A stretch of 64,000 nt of DNA from the human T2T-CHM13v2.0 reference genome, Homo sapiens. The translations under genes were made by a program, and so were the position numbers. The DNA lies in assembly GCF_009914755.1 (NCBI RefSeq), contig NC_060934.1. One strand, given 5' to 3'. The notes below the pieces were generated by a model. The model saw nothing but the letters and a program-made list of their open reading frames with translations. It searched no databases and was not told the origin of the DNA. Of this stretch, positions 1-12,798 are shown one piece after another (position 1 is the stretch's first letter; every line of letters starts with the position of its first letter).

Positions 1-859
1 CATGCAGTTATTAAGTGATGATAGGTTTGGGATTTGAACACACATTTGACTGACTGGCACCAATGGCTATTCATATCCATTTAACTTTCTGTCCTAGTAA
101 GAGGGGAGGTTGGGATTTTAACCTAAACAGTCCAAGGGTAGCATTCATGCCCTTAATCACTTTACCACTGTGACCTTTTAAAAAAAACTCACTCAAGTTG
201 TTGGTAACACTCTGGATAGTGAAATCACACCCTGTTACCACAGCCTACCCCTCTCAGAGTTGAATAACTAATACGTTTATTTGAGGAGGAGACAGACATT
301 TGATAGAAGTTAGGAATAATCCTTTCAACTAAAAATTGTATAAGGATGTAATATCCTAATATAAGAGAAGGCTAATCAATGACTCCATTGCTAATTTCAA
401 ACACTGTTATAGGAATGAGGATGCTGTAATACTAGATTCAAAGCCTAATTAAACATGTAAGTCAAAGTTTTTACCACAGGCTTCCTCCTTCCTCCTCCTT
501 TTCCCTGGATCTTACTGAATATTTGCTGGAGGCAGTTGAAGAGGTCCAGGATAAGGGAGGAAGAAGGCTGAGTGTGGTTGTAGCCTTATATAATTTGGAA
601 CTGAGTAAAAAATGTAGTTAAGGAAAACAGTATGGCAAGACTTGGATCCCATCAAGGGAAGTGGCTGAGTGAGGTTGTGGTCCACCAAGATTGGGGGCTA
701 AGTGAGGCAGGTGTTTGACACATTGTGCCCTTAGGCATTCAGTGTGCAGCAAGAACCCATGTAAGTGAGATGGCTTCTCTGGTGAGGAGTTGGTCAGTGA
801 ATCACTAATACACAAGGATAATGTGCAAATAAGAAAATCAGTTATTGGGATAATGGAAG

Positions 860-1394
860 CCAGAATTCTCAGTGTCAGAGGAGGGAGTTACAAATAAAAC
901 ATAGGGAGCCTAGAATGAACCATAAATTTTGGGGATTGAATTGACATTATTGATGCAAACTCATAATTTTCACTAATACAGGTAGATATAAAAATTAATA
1001 TAGAAAATTTGTGTATGTGATATGCACACAGAGTATTTCTAGCTCTATTCATTGGAAGACCAGTGGCAAAAGGTATATCTAGCCCTCTAATTATTTCTAG
1101 ATATTATTATTCATTAAAATGAACCAGAGCTCCTTGGAGAAAAGGATTTAACACTGGGACAATAAAAAGTATTATATATAACTGGAATATTTTATTGTAT
1201 CAATCAGCAAGAAGTATTCACAGAATAATAGTAAAGTATCAAAAAGCCATCAACGTTAGCTTAAAAGAGGCTTCCACTGGTCAATTTGGATAATTTGAGT
1301 TTAAGAGTAAATAATAATATAAACAGATTACAAACCATTAAATAACATGAAAATCTATGAGTTCATATTGATGTAAAAAATACATGACTAAATA
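860..1394 (+). mobile_element. Ancient L1M (L1MC/L1MD-like) 3' region fragment, interrupted by the Alu at 1395
   Basis: A-rich and resembles old L1 3' UTR consensus (AATGAACCAGAGCTCCTTGGAGAAA). Boundaries approximate. Confidence 0.5.
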
Positions 1395-1683
1395 GGCCAG
1401 GCACAGTGGCTCACTCCTGTGATGCTATCACTTTGGGAGGCAAGATGGGCAGATCGCTTGAGCCCAGGAGTTTGAGACCAGCCTGGGCAACATGGTAAGA
1501 CTCAGTGTCCACCAAAAATACAAAAAATTAGCCAGCTGTAGTGGCACCCACCTGTAGTCCCAGCTACTTGGGAAGCTGAGGTACGAGGATCAATTGAGCC
1601 TGTGGGGGCGGAGGTGGCAGTGAGCTGAGATTGTGCCACTGCACTGCAGCCTGGGTGACAGAGGGAGACCCTGTCTCAAAAAT

Positions 1684-1724
<41 letters not shown>
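1395..1724 (+). mobile_element. Alu (AluJ-like), full length, with A37 tail
   Basis: GGCCAGGCACAGTGGCTCA start; GCTTGAGCCCAGGAGTTTGAG (J-type); A-rich linker; poly-A at 1688-1724. Confidence 0.95.
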
Positions 1725-1726
<2 letters not shown>

Positions 1727-2470
1727 TACTTCATATTAGAATGCCAAACAATAAATATAGGAGGAATTATGGTATTAGAAAAATATCCATTTGATAGCTT
1801 TCACAGTAATGACTGAAGCCAAAACTGATGGGAAAATTTAATGAGAAAAAAGATATTTAGCTAGTTTCAAAGTATATTCCCACAAGATATGTGTTAATTT
1901 CAAAAGGAAAATGTAAGAACTGTATAGAGGAGAAATCTGGTAGACACACCTGATCCAAACGGCACCAGTGTTAGCAGCACTAACAATGGGACAAATCCAT
2001 CTGGAGTGGTGCCAGGTAGGTTTCAACAAGAGCACAGTCTTATTTCTATGATTATTTTGGACAAAAATATATAACCTGGATCCAATTATTAAAACACCAA
2101 GACTAAATGTGAAGAAATAAATGACAAAATGCTTGTAATCTTAAAATAAAATCATGAAAGACAAAAAAAAAAACCTGAGAAACTATCCCAAATATACTAA
2201 AAGAGATATGACACCTCTGTTAAATACATTATCCTGGACTGCATCATTTCTAAAAATAAGAATATTGGTAAAATTTGCCAAATTTTGAATAGAATTTGTG
2301 GATTAGATGGTTGTATTGTATTAATAGCAATTTGTTGGTTTTGAAGGTTTGCTAGGATAATGTCCTTTGATGTAAGAAATGCACACAAAGCATTCAGGGT
2401 AATGAAGCATCATTTTGGTAACTTATTCTTACATGGCTTGAAAATATTACACCTACATTTGTATACTTAT
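1725..2470 (+). mobile_element. Continuation of the ancient L1M 3' fragment
   Basis: Diverged L1M 3' UTR-like sequence that resumes after the Alu and again after the MER44 (about 2860-2990). Confidence 0.5.
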
Positions 2471-2480
2471 GTATGGCATA

Positions 2481-2832
2481 GAGTAGTCCCTTTTATCAGT
2501 AAGAAATACCTTCCAAGCCCCCCAGTGGATGCTTGAAACCAGGGATTGTACCAAACCCTACACATACCATGCTTTTTTGATCTGATAACTGAAAGGGCTA
2601 CTAAGTGAGTAACAGGCAGGTGCCATATACAACGTGGATACGCTGGACAAAGGCATGATTCACATCATGGGTGGGACACAGAGGGACTGCATCATGCTAC
2701 TCAGAACAGTATACAATTTAAAACTTATGGATTGCTTATTTCTGGATTTTTTCATTTAATATTTTTGGCCTACAGTTGACCATGGATAACAAAAGGCAGA
2801 AAGCAAAAGCAAAACTATGGATAAGGGGTGTC
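2481..2832 (-). mobile_element. MER44A-like (Tigger7-derived) non-autonomous DNA transposon
   Basis: Degenerate TIRs (AGTAGTCCCTTTTATC ... GGATAAGGGG); internal CCCCAGTGGATGCTTGAAACC and TACTCAGAAC...AATTTAAAACTTATG match MER44. Confidence 0.8.
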
Positions 2833-3919
2833 GCCGGGGGATTAGTGCATTTAAATAATTATAAAAGGAAAGATAGTAAATGTCAAGAATTGCTAAATCT
2901 AGGTGCGAAGTATATGGATTTGAAAAAATTACTCTTGCAAATCTTCCATAACTTTGAAATTGTTTAAAATTAAAAAGTAATATAAAAGTTTTCAACAGTG
3001 CTACCATATTGATAATTGAAACCTTTCTCTCATGGAGAAAAACACTGCATGTCGTGGGGCAAAATACTTCAGGAATACAGCATTCTTGAATTTCTTCCTG
3101 ACAAATCCCAGCTTCTTAGTACCAACCACTATTTTCTGAAAGACACCCAGATGGTAGGTGATACTTCATTAAGATAAAGCCCAATTTCTTTCCTTTCTTG
3201 ATGAAGGTGGCAAAGCCACTACTCTGAGACTAACATGAGGTGGAGGCCATTTTCATTTATGTTCACTTTTTGGGGTTGCCAACTTCTGTATCTGAGGACT
3301 ATAAACAGCTAGAATACAGAGTTAAGAAAATTGCTCAGAAATTTCATAAGGGATTTTGTACTGTTACTGCTACATGATTTAGCTAACTCAGCGGACACTG
3401 GCCTGGCAGGAAATTCCTTGCAAAGCTCTTAATTCTGCTGTAACTCTCTGGCATCACTTCATTTTAACTTCATAAATGTGTCTTAGCCAACCATGTATCT
3501 ATTAATTAACCTTTAGAAAAATAAGATTCTCCAACTTTTTTAGTGACAATATTTGGAGTCAAACCTATCTTCCCAAGGCTATATTGAAATCTCTTTGGTC
3601 CAGTTTAACAACTGTGCTAAACCCCACTCATCCTATAAGCCTGACTAAAAACTCTTCAACACTTCAGAATAAATCCATCTCAAATTTCAACACCATTATT
3701 CTTTCTTGATTCTTGTCTTATGTGCCTCACTTTAGAGTTAATTATTTATATCTTAAGTTTTCTACTGAACTGAGACTACAAGCTTCTCAAAAGTGTATAG
3801 AGGTTTGCTCATCTCTGTGGGCTCTACCATGTTGAGAGAAGATATGATAAAGCATAACTCCTAATTCATTGCCTTCTTGTTTAATCAAGAGAAGAACCCA
3901 ATGCTCAATAATTGAGAAG

Positions 3920-4350
3920 TTGTGAAGGATAGATTGTAAGGTGGCCTCCATGATCCTTACATCTCAGTAATTCACACACCTGTGTAATTCTCTTAAGTGT
4001 AGTCAAGACCTGTTAACTTGATTCTACCTAATAGAATGTGACAAACATGACAGGGAATACATAGGTATGTATTCTTACATGCATTATAAAGGATTAACTG
4101 TCCATCATAGTATCAGGTGTTCTCACTGGCTGGCTTTGAGGAAGTAGGCGGCCATGCTAGGGAGGCTTTGTCACAAGCAGATGAGGTTGGCTTCTGGCCA
4201 AAAGTCTAAAAAAAAAAAAAATGAGGCTCTCAGCATAACAGCCTGCAATAATTAAAAGCGCCTAAGAATTGTGAGAATGTGGAAGCAAATATTTTCCAAT
4301 TGGAGCCTCAGATAAGATCACAGCCTCATCTGACACCAAGATTGCAATAA
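3920..4350 (+). mobile_element. MLT1-type (ERVL-MaLR) LTR, diverged
   Basis: CTGGCTTTGAGGAAGTAGGCGGCCATG and GAGCCTCAGATAAGATCACAGCC are typical of MLT1E/F/G. Confidence 0.65.
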
Positions 4351-5499
4351 AAGGCTGTTAAAGTTGACACTTTTTTCCCCTTTCTACATTTCTTGTTACC
4401 TAATCTCCTTTATAAGATTATTTCAATCTATTTTCCTTTCCTCATTTCCCCTACCCCAAATAACAGTGAATCACAAAGGCCAGCTTCTTTATAAGCCTTG
4501 CTTTGCCATTGGAACTAACTTTTTAGGTATAATTTTGGAGATACGATGGAGAATCTCTCTGTCTCTCTCTTTTGAATATCAAGGACTCTATACTTTCAAA
4601 ACACTTTTATGCTCAGCTATTTGTACACATTATATCGAAATTTTCCATTAATATCAGTACTATTACATGCTATGAATAGGCAGGAAAACCAGCATTAGAA
4701 TTTTCAAGGTCTTAAGATTTGGCATGACTACAGAATAATATTTTAACCATAGTCACTTAATATAAAATGTCATGTGTTTCTACTTTTATCCATTCTTCAA
4801 AATAGTCTTTCCTATGGAATTTTTTTTAAAATTATACAAATAAATAAATTTATATGAATATTTCCTGGCACTATGTTAAAGGTCAAATTTATTTATTGTT
4901 ATCAGTGTAACCCTAGCTTGATTTACCAATATAAAATTATGGAAGATTGCTTTTAAGTGGGTAATGATTTCGTTTTTCCTGGATGTATTTCTTCCTTTAA
5001 TAAAACTAATGTTATTTTATTAAGGAGAAAAAAAAACACTTTTATGTAATGTAAACTCTATCTTTTGTCCTTGTCTACTTTTTTAGTTTGTCTATATGTT
5101 ATGATTTCTGTCTTCAGAAAGGCAAAGTGACTCTCCTGGCCTAAGCCCAGCGTGTAGCAGAAAAAAAAGTCTTTCATAAATATTTTCTGGGTGAAAATTC
5201 AGTGACCAAGTGCCTTGAAATTACACAATGGTGTTGCCTAATCTACTCCCTGTTGTGGGGACAAAAAAAATAGTCCTAAAGTTAGTACCTAAGCTTTCCA
5301 GATTCACAGACATACATGTATATACACATATGCATATGCACGTGCATGTACATTACAAGAAGACAATTAACCAGAATGGCATGTTGGCAAACAGAAAACT
5401 ACTGCCCTTTATTAATGCACCAGAAAATTCAGGAGACCCAGTTCCCTACTCAGCACAGCAAATTCAGACCCTTGATGTGTATTAAGCACTTTTCATGTC

Positions 5500-6968
5500 A
5501 TAAAATCAGAAATGTAGACCAGTGGAACAAAATAGCCCAGAAATAAATCCACACATTTACGGTCAGGTGATTTTTGATAAAAGGTGCCGTGAAGGAACAA
5601 TGGGGAAAGGATAGTCTTTTCAATAAATGGTGCTGGGAAGACTAGATATCCACATGCAGAAGAACTAAACTAGACCAGCCTGTCTCACTTTATACAAAAA
5701 TCAACTCAAAATGGGATAGACTTAAATGTAAGATTTGAAATTGTAATGCTAATAGAAGAAACATAGGAAAAAAATTCCATGACATTGATTTTGGCATTGA
5801 TTTTTCTTATATAACCCCAAAACACAGGCAAACAAAATGAAAATAGACAAATGGAATTATATCAAACTAAACAGCTTTGGCAGAGCAAAAAAAAAAAAAA
5901 AAATTAACAGAATGAAGAGCAACCTATAGAATGGAAGAGAAAATAATTGAGAACCATACATCTGATAAAGGGTTAAAATATATAATGAATTTAACTCAAT
6001 AGCTAGAAAATAAGTAACCCATTGGGCAACAAAACTGAAAACATTACTCAAAAGACGACATACAAATGGCCAAGTATATGAAAAAAAATTCAACAGCACA
6101 TTATCAGGAAAACGTAAATAAAAATCACAATAAGTTATCACTGCATTCCTGTTAAAATGGCTATTATCAAAAAGATGAAAGATAACAAGTGCTGGCGAGG
6201 ATGTGGAAAAAAGAGAACCTTGATACAATGTCGATGGGTATGTAAGCTAGTTGAGCCACTATAGATAACGGTATGAAGGTTTCTCAAAAATTAAAAATAG
6301 AATTACCATATAACCCAGGAATCTCACTATCAGATATATATCCAAAAGAAATGAAATCAGTATGTCAAAGAGATATATAAACTTCCATGTTCATTGCAGC
6401 ATCATTCACAATAGACAAGGTATGAAATCCACCTAAGTGTCCGTCAGTGGATAAACAGATAAAGATAAATGTGGCATGTATGCACAAAGGGATGCTATTC
6501 AGGTTTAAAACATGAGGAAATCCTGCCATTTGTAATAACATGAATGAACCTAGAGGACATTAGTTTAATAAGCCGGGCAAAGAAATACAAATACTGCATG
6601 ATCTCACATATGCGGAATCTAAAAAAAGTGAAACACATAGAAGCAGAGAGTAGAATGGTGGTTACCAGGGGCTAGGATGGGAAAGTACTGGGGAGATGTT
6701 GGTCAAAGACTACATAATTTCAGTTAGATATGAGAAATAAGTGAAGAGATTTATTGTGTAGCATGGTGACCATATTTAATAACAATGTATTGTATTCTCA
6801 AAAATCATTGAGATTAAAGTGTAAAAAATACTATGTATGTAAGGTAATACATATGTGAATTAGCTTGAGTTAGCCATCCCACCATGTATACCTATTTCAA
6901 AACATAATACGTAATAAATGCATATAATTTTGTCAATTAAAAAAATAAATAATTTCTTAAAAAAAAAG
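5500..6968 (+). mobile_element. L1MA-type LINE-1, 5'-truncated (ORF2 3' part, 3' UTR, poly-A)
   Basis: Degenerate ORF2 (GACCAGTGGAAC..., AATAAATGGTGCTGGGAA); L1MA-type 3' UTR (TTTCAGTTAGATATGAG...AACAATGTATTGTATT); A-rich end. Confidence 0.9.
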
Positions 6969-7329
6969 CAATTGCTATAGGCTAAATGGTTTGTGCTGAG
7001 GTCCTCTTCTTCATGGATCTTGATCAAGGGACAGAGATGAGCTGGGAAAATTAGGAAGGATCACTTTTCCCTGTGACATTTTGCTCTATTGTATAAGGTC
7101 AGTGAGCCTGCCTCAACTATGGTATTCAGACTTATCCTTGAGTCTCACGGCGCTGTGAGATTCTCTCCCTGATGTTATCAGAAAAAAAGACAGTATTAAG
7201 AATTGAAACAAGTCTTGTATTTCAGATAGAACCACATGTCTCTCTATGGTGAAGATAAAATGATATAATGTCATTATGGCTGGTAAACTATACAAGAGTA
7301 GACACATACAAAGATTGGTGTTAATGTTA

Positions 7330-7545
7330 ATTAACATTTATGAGCACTGATTAGGTACTAGTACTATCCTGGACACATAATCCTATCCAGTTTATCTTTC
7401 CTAAAACATTATGAGAACAGTATTGTCAACATATTATACATGAGAAAACTGAGGCTCAGAGAAAATGGCAATTTAAACCATCCTCAGATTCAGTACATAC
7501 CAGAGGCATGATTCACACTCATGTCTCTCTGGCTTCCAAATTCAC
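7330..7545 (-). mobile_element. MIR
   Basis: Core ATGAGAAAACTGAGGCTCAGAGA. Confidence 0.7.
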
Positions 7546-8269
7546 ATTACATAAATAGTCCATTTCTTCCTGCTCTTATCTGCCTTTGAGTTTATTCTTA
7601 TATGTTAGGAAAAGCTATGTAATTTTTTTTAATATTCAGCAAGTTTTTAGTAATAAAGTCAGTATCACCCTGCCTACGTCTCCATGACAATTCATAAACT
7701 AAAACCATGACCATGAACATCTTATTGGTGTGCTGCCAAGAACAAACCTCATAACTTGCTAAGATGGAGGAGTCAGGACATATGAGGGAGCAGTAATGTT
7801 GACTAAGAAGATGCCAATTTTACAGACCCCCTTCTTGGACTGTAACGACACTCCCCTTAATGCTTTCCCGTTCCTCACCTTCCAAGGTGTACGAGTGAGG
7901 AAGGAATTAATATAAGCCACTGCGCCTGCCTCCTGAAAAGATTATGCTTATAAACTTCAGGCTGGGTCCTCATCAAAAAAAGAAATGGAGACCATGACTC
8001 ACCTGAGAGGTCTCAGGAGCAGGTCTTAATGTATTTGTTTGAGAGACATAAAGTGTTCCAAGGAAATATTCTTTCCTGGCCAAAAGCTGCATTCTTTGAG
8101 ATGAGATGATTATGCCTCTTTTAAGACATAAATGAAAGTATGTGCATGAGCACACCATGTACAAGCACCTCAATTTTAGCTTGGAAAAGAGATAGGACAG
8201 CCAAGCCTCATCTCCCAGAGTGTGAGTATAACAGAATCAGGCATGAAAGCCTGGAACTTGAGGGGCAAG

Positions 8270-8515
8270 GGGAATGTCTGAGTCTGACAAACTGAAATTC
8301 AAACTCTAGCTCATTTGTATATTAATAGTAAAATTGCAGAAAATTGCTTCTTCTCTCTGATTCTTCACTTCCCATCTATAAAAATAAGGATACAAAGTAC
8401 CGGCCTCCTCATGATGTTTTCTTGAGTAATTTAGTTAAGTAAGAAAATGCATGTTAAAAAAGGAAAAACATTCAGTACAGTGCCTGGGACAGAATGAGCC
8501 CTCCACAAATGCTTT
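8270..8515 (+). mobile_element. MIR
   Basis: TCTCTGATTCTTCACTTCCCATCTATAAAA ... CAGTACAGTGCCTGG. Confidence 0.65.
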
Positions 8516-10381
8516 TCTTAGACTGTGTGAGTTCCTAGATTCTGAATGAAGAGATTGGCTTTCATAAGTGTGAAAGGAGGAAGTGAGAAAAGACTGATCC
8601 AAAGAAGTGGTCCAAAAGGGAAAATGTGATAAGGTACCAGTGTGCACATATTGAAGCTCAAGGAGAGGTAATTGTGTGCTAGCACATCTGGGCACTGCTT
8701 GGGCTAGAAGGGCAGGGAGATTCAACGTTGCTGCTGGGGGGACCCAGAGCCTTTTTGAACACTTCTGAGATTTTGAAGAAATAAAGTAAATTTTAAAAAG
8801 AATAAAAAGAAAGAAAAGGAGGATAGGAAGACAACAAAAGAAAGGAGCCCAGAAATATGCAAGACTTTATTCAGTCAACCATCAGTAACTGAGATACCAT
8901 AAAAGGGAAATTAAAAAGAAAAGCCGACATGAAAGTATATCCAGGCTCAGCAAAAACTAATTGGTGACCATGCACAAGCTAAATACCTTCCTTGGGCCTC
9001 AATATTCAAACCATATTTCTATGGTGACTAGATGTTTTCTAAAATCTCTTGAAGCTCTGAATTTTTAAAGCTTTGGATCCAATCATAAGCCAAGCTTAAT
9101 GATGACCATGGTTTTACTAAATACACAAATATATTTCATCAAATATATATCAAATAGTGTGGGACTGCAAGGAATATGTGTTCTCTAGCCAACTTCAATT
9201 ATATACTATTTTTATATAGAAAAGTATTCAACACACTACTGAAGATAACTTGGTGATTGGAGACTGTCCGAGGGCAACCACTGTGTCCACAAGCTGAAGA
9301 TGGCAGGGACTCAGGAAGGAAGAAGCCTGGGTCACTGAATCCACCCAAAGTAGAGTCACCTCCATCCAGAAACACTTGCATTGAATAAGGACAAAGTGGC
9401 TCCATTGAAAATTTAAGACTTGGCCAGTTCCACCTGGCTTCGTGCATGTTCTCACAGCTGAAATCTAGATCTTTCCTATAACTTCATTGCTGGGACCCTT
9501 TAGTCCTCTGTCCCTACTCCCCTGCCTGCATTGATCAAACACAAAGGGGACCTGGAGCCTATAGAAGATGGAGATCCCTGTGTCCTGTGCAGACAAGGTC
9601 AGACTTCCCTGAGGCAGAAGAAAACTTTAGATCAGGAGAATGAACCTCAACCAGGGATGCCCTCTACTGAAGTGGACCCCACCACTCTGCCCTGGCATGC
9701 TCGTGTTCAGGGCAGGGCTGAGGCATGGCACTGCTCTGGTCTTCTAGGTTTGCTGCAGTGCCAGGTACAGCCTAGAGTGGCCTGAGCTTCAGACTGATCT
9801 CTGGTTGTATTCAGCCCTTTCTGCTTCCCCAAATTTTCTATATCACTTGCTATTAATAGTTGTACACTGAATAGAGCAAAGTTAGACAGAACTGTTTTAT
9901 TGAACAGGGCTGGCCACACTCTCCCTGGCCCGGCTGATGATCTGTCCTAGTGGCCAGGAACATGTTTACATTAGAAACGGACCATGCCACAGGGTTCTGT
10001 GTAGTATGGTTAATGTGAACTACGGGACACTGGCATTCAAAGGCAGAACTCCCTGCTCTTTCGACCGGGGAGGGCTGGCTGGCTGAGTGCCAAAAAAAAA
10101 AAAAAAAAATGTTCTCCAAACTATAAACTATTGCTGGAGCTTCTCTGGTATTCTGATTCCAGGTCTCTTTGGGTTTCCCTGGGAGATCCTGATAAGAACT
10201 GCTATGGTTTTTATAATAAACAGCTGACATATGTTAAGAAGGGGGAATGAGCTAGCCAAGATGTTTTCTGCCAAGGTTGAAGTATATTAAAATCAGGGAG
10301 AAGATTGGGCTAGTTACATAAGCCTTTGGAACCATAAAGCCTTCCACCTGTGGCAGAAGCCAGTCCTCTGAAGTTACAAAC

Positions 10382-10470
10382 TGGAGGAGGGGGATGAGAA
10401 GGAGGAGTGAAAAGGAGAGGGGGCAGAAAAGGGAGAGGAGAAGGAGGACAGGAAGGGGGTGGGGGAGGGA
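10382..10470 (+). repeat. GA-rich low-complexity tract
   Basis: Nearly all purines, with G runs. Confidence 0.8.
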
Positions 10471-11504
10471 TCTTGTTCAATTAAGTGTGAATCTGGCCCA
10501 TTGTGTCTTTCCCTGTGTCTGATATTTGTCTGAGGCACCATTCCCTTCATACTCATCAATTGACAACTAATACGATCTACTCTTCTCTCCTATGTTTGAA
10601 AGACAGGACAACAGATTTTTCTATTGTAATGTCGGCTTATTTTATATGTGTGTGTCTATATATCTCTACACACACATATATATTATCACGGGAATAAAGA
10701 TTGAACACAACATTTTCTTCCTCTCCCTTTCCCACTCCTCCTTCCCTCCCTCCCTCCCCCTCATATGAATAATCGTAGAGGGCTCATTATAGTACAATTC
10801 AATACACAATAAAAACTCAGTTTTAGAGTCAGAAGAACTAGATGTAGGAGAGTTATCTAAAGCAGTCTCACTGGCCTTAACCGCTCCCTCATTCACACAG
10901 ATGAAGAAAATGAGGCTGAGAAGGCAAATGGTTTCCAAGGACTATGGTCAGTCAACAACAGCTGTTACTGATCTCCAAATATCCTAGTCCTGCAATCACC
11001 CTCTCTTCCTCTTAGGAAGTCTGGAACCCCAATGAAAGGTGCCAGGGAATGAAACTGACACCTTTCCCCACATCAGCACCACCATCTGAACCACATGCCT
11101 CCTCATGAACAGATTTCAGTTATGTTAAAAATAACTTTCAAAAAATGCTTGTTGGATTCTTCTTTGACTTTGTTCCCTTCATCGCCCTTGCAGGATCCAT
11201 TCTTGATCTTTGGAGCATAATAAACTCTGACCTGATGCCAACACTGACCACAGGGATTATGTGATCCTTTACAAAATTCCCTGGCAACTGTTATTTTATC
11301 ATGTAATTCTGAAACAGGCAGTAAATGATGATCACTTTTTCTGGTTTTAGCGAGGGTTCATTCGTTCATTCTAGCAGACAAAAATCAAAGCCTGCAAAAT
11401 GACCTTTTAGGCAAGCAAGTCTGTACCCTGAGGAGGGGGCAGATAAGTACACAAAGTATATAATGACAATCCTATTACCAGCAAGTGAAAGTTAATAGAG
11501 ATGG

Positions 11505-11895
11505 TGGTATTTCAGGTTGACAACACTAAAAGCAGGTGCTAAGATGGAATTGGGCTTGAATAATATTTTTTAGGGATCAACACCTGTGAAAGGGAGGTTT
11601 TGAAAGCTGGTTAAAGCAGAAAGAACATCTGAATGGTGATTCAGGCTTCACAAACACCCTTTCACCCCAAAGAGAACTCTAAAGGCACATGGCCTATTTG
11701 AGTTTCCCCGCAGAGGTCTTTGCTATCCCCAGCAAGATCAGTCAGTATGGGCCATTGTGGAAAAGTATGCAGCTCACTCACTACAGCTGAGGCAGACTAT
11801 GAAGGAGGTGGCAGCTCTAGACTGTCAGTAACAGCGTTTCTAGTGACCAAGCAACATGTTCTTCCCATAAGAAGGATTTGAAGCATCTCCCACAG
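11505..11895. mobile_element. Old ERVL LTR (LTR16-like)
   Basis: AAGCAGGTGCTAAGATGGAATTGGG...ACACCTGTGAAAGG resembles the LTR16 family. Highly diverged. Confidence 0.45.
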
Positions 11896-12358
11896 CAGTT
11901 TTAAGGAAGGGTCAATCACACATCCAGAAATAAAACCAGGGCACCAGAGAGGGGGAGGAAGTTGAAGACAAAGATGGGACAGTGTGGGAGGAGAAAAATA
12001 AATGTGGTTTCGAATTCAAGAGTTAGGAAAAAGTACACAGTCTGGAAGGATAGTTTTCCTATTCAATACCAAATTTTTTGTTGTTAATACTACAAGCCTA
12101 AGTAGAAGGTGTCTTCTCTTAGATGCTGTGCAGAGATTTTAGTATTTTCTCTAAAGTATTTCCACACCTGTGCCTCATCTTTCTTACCACGTTCCCCTGT
12201 CATGAACCCACTTTTTTATGATTTCCCTTTAAGAAGGGACATGACATGGAGAGAGAGGCTCCTTGATTTGCCCACGTCTGTCAGTGAGTTGGTGAGAAAC
12301 TTGGGCTTTAACCCAGACCTGTTGAGCCCCCATACTGAGAGTTTTAACTGAATCATGA

Positions 12359-12798
12359 TGTGTTAGTCAGGGTTCTCTTAAAGGGACATAAGCAATAGGA
12401 TATACATATATACATAAAAGGGAGTTTATTAAGTATTAACTTACATGATCACAAGGTCCCACAATAGGCTGTCTGCCAGCTGAGGAGCAAGAAGAGCCAG
12501 TCTGAGTCCCAAAACTGAAGAACTTGGAGCCTGATGTTCAAGGGTAGGAAGCATCCAGCATGGGAGAACCTACGTAGGCTGGAAAGCTAGGCCTACCTCC
12601 TTGCTTCACGTTTTTCTGCCTGCTTTATATTTGCTGGCAGCTGATTAGATTGTGCCCACCTGATTAAGGGTGGGTCTGCTTTCCCCAGCCTACTGACTCA
12701 AATGTTAATCTCTTTTGGCAACACCCTCACAGACACATCCAGGATCAATATTGCATCCTTTAATCCAAGGAAGTTGACATTCAGTATTAACCATCACA
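12359..12798 (-). mobile_element. MLT2A LTR (3' LTR of HERV-L provirus)
   Basis: TGTGTTAGTCAGGGTTCTC ... TTAACCATCACA; preceded by TSD CATGA (12354-12358); adjacent PPT-like sequence at 12799-12816. Confidence 0.95.
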
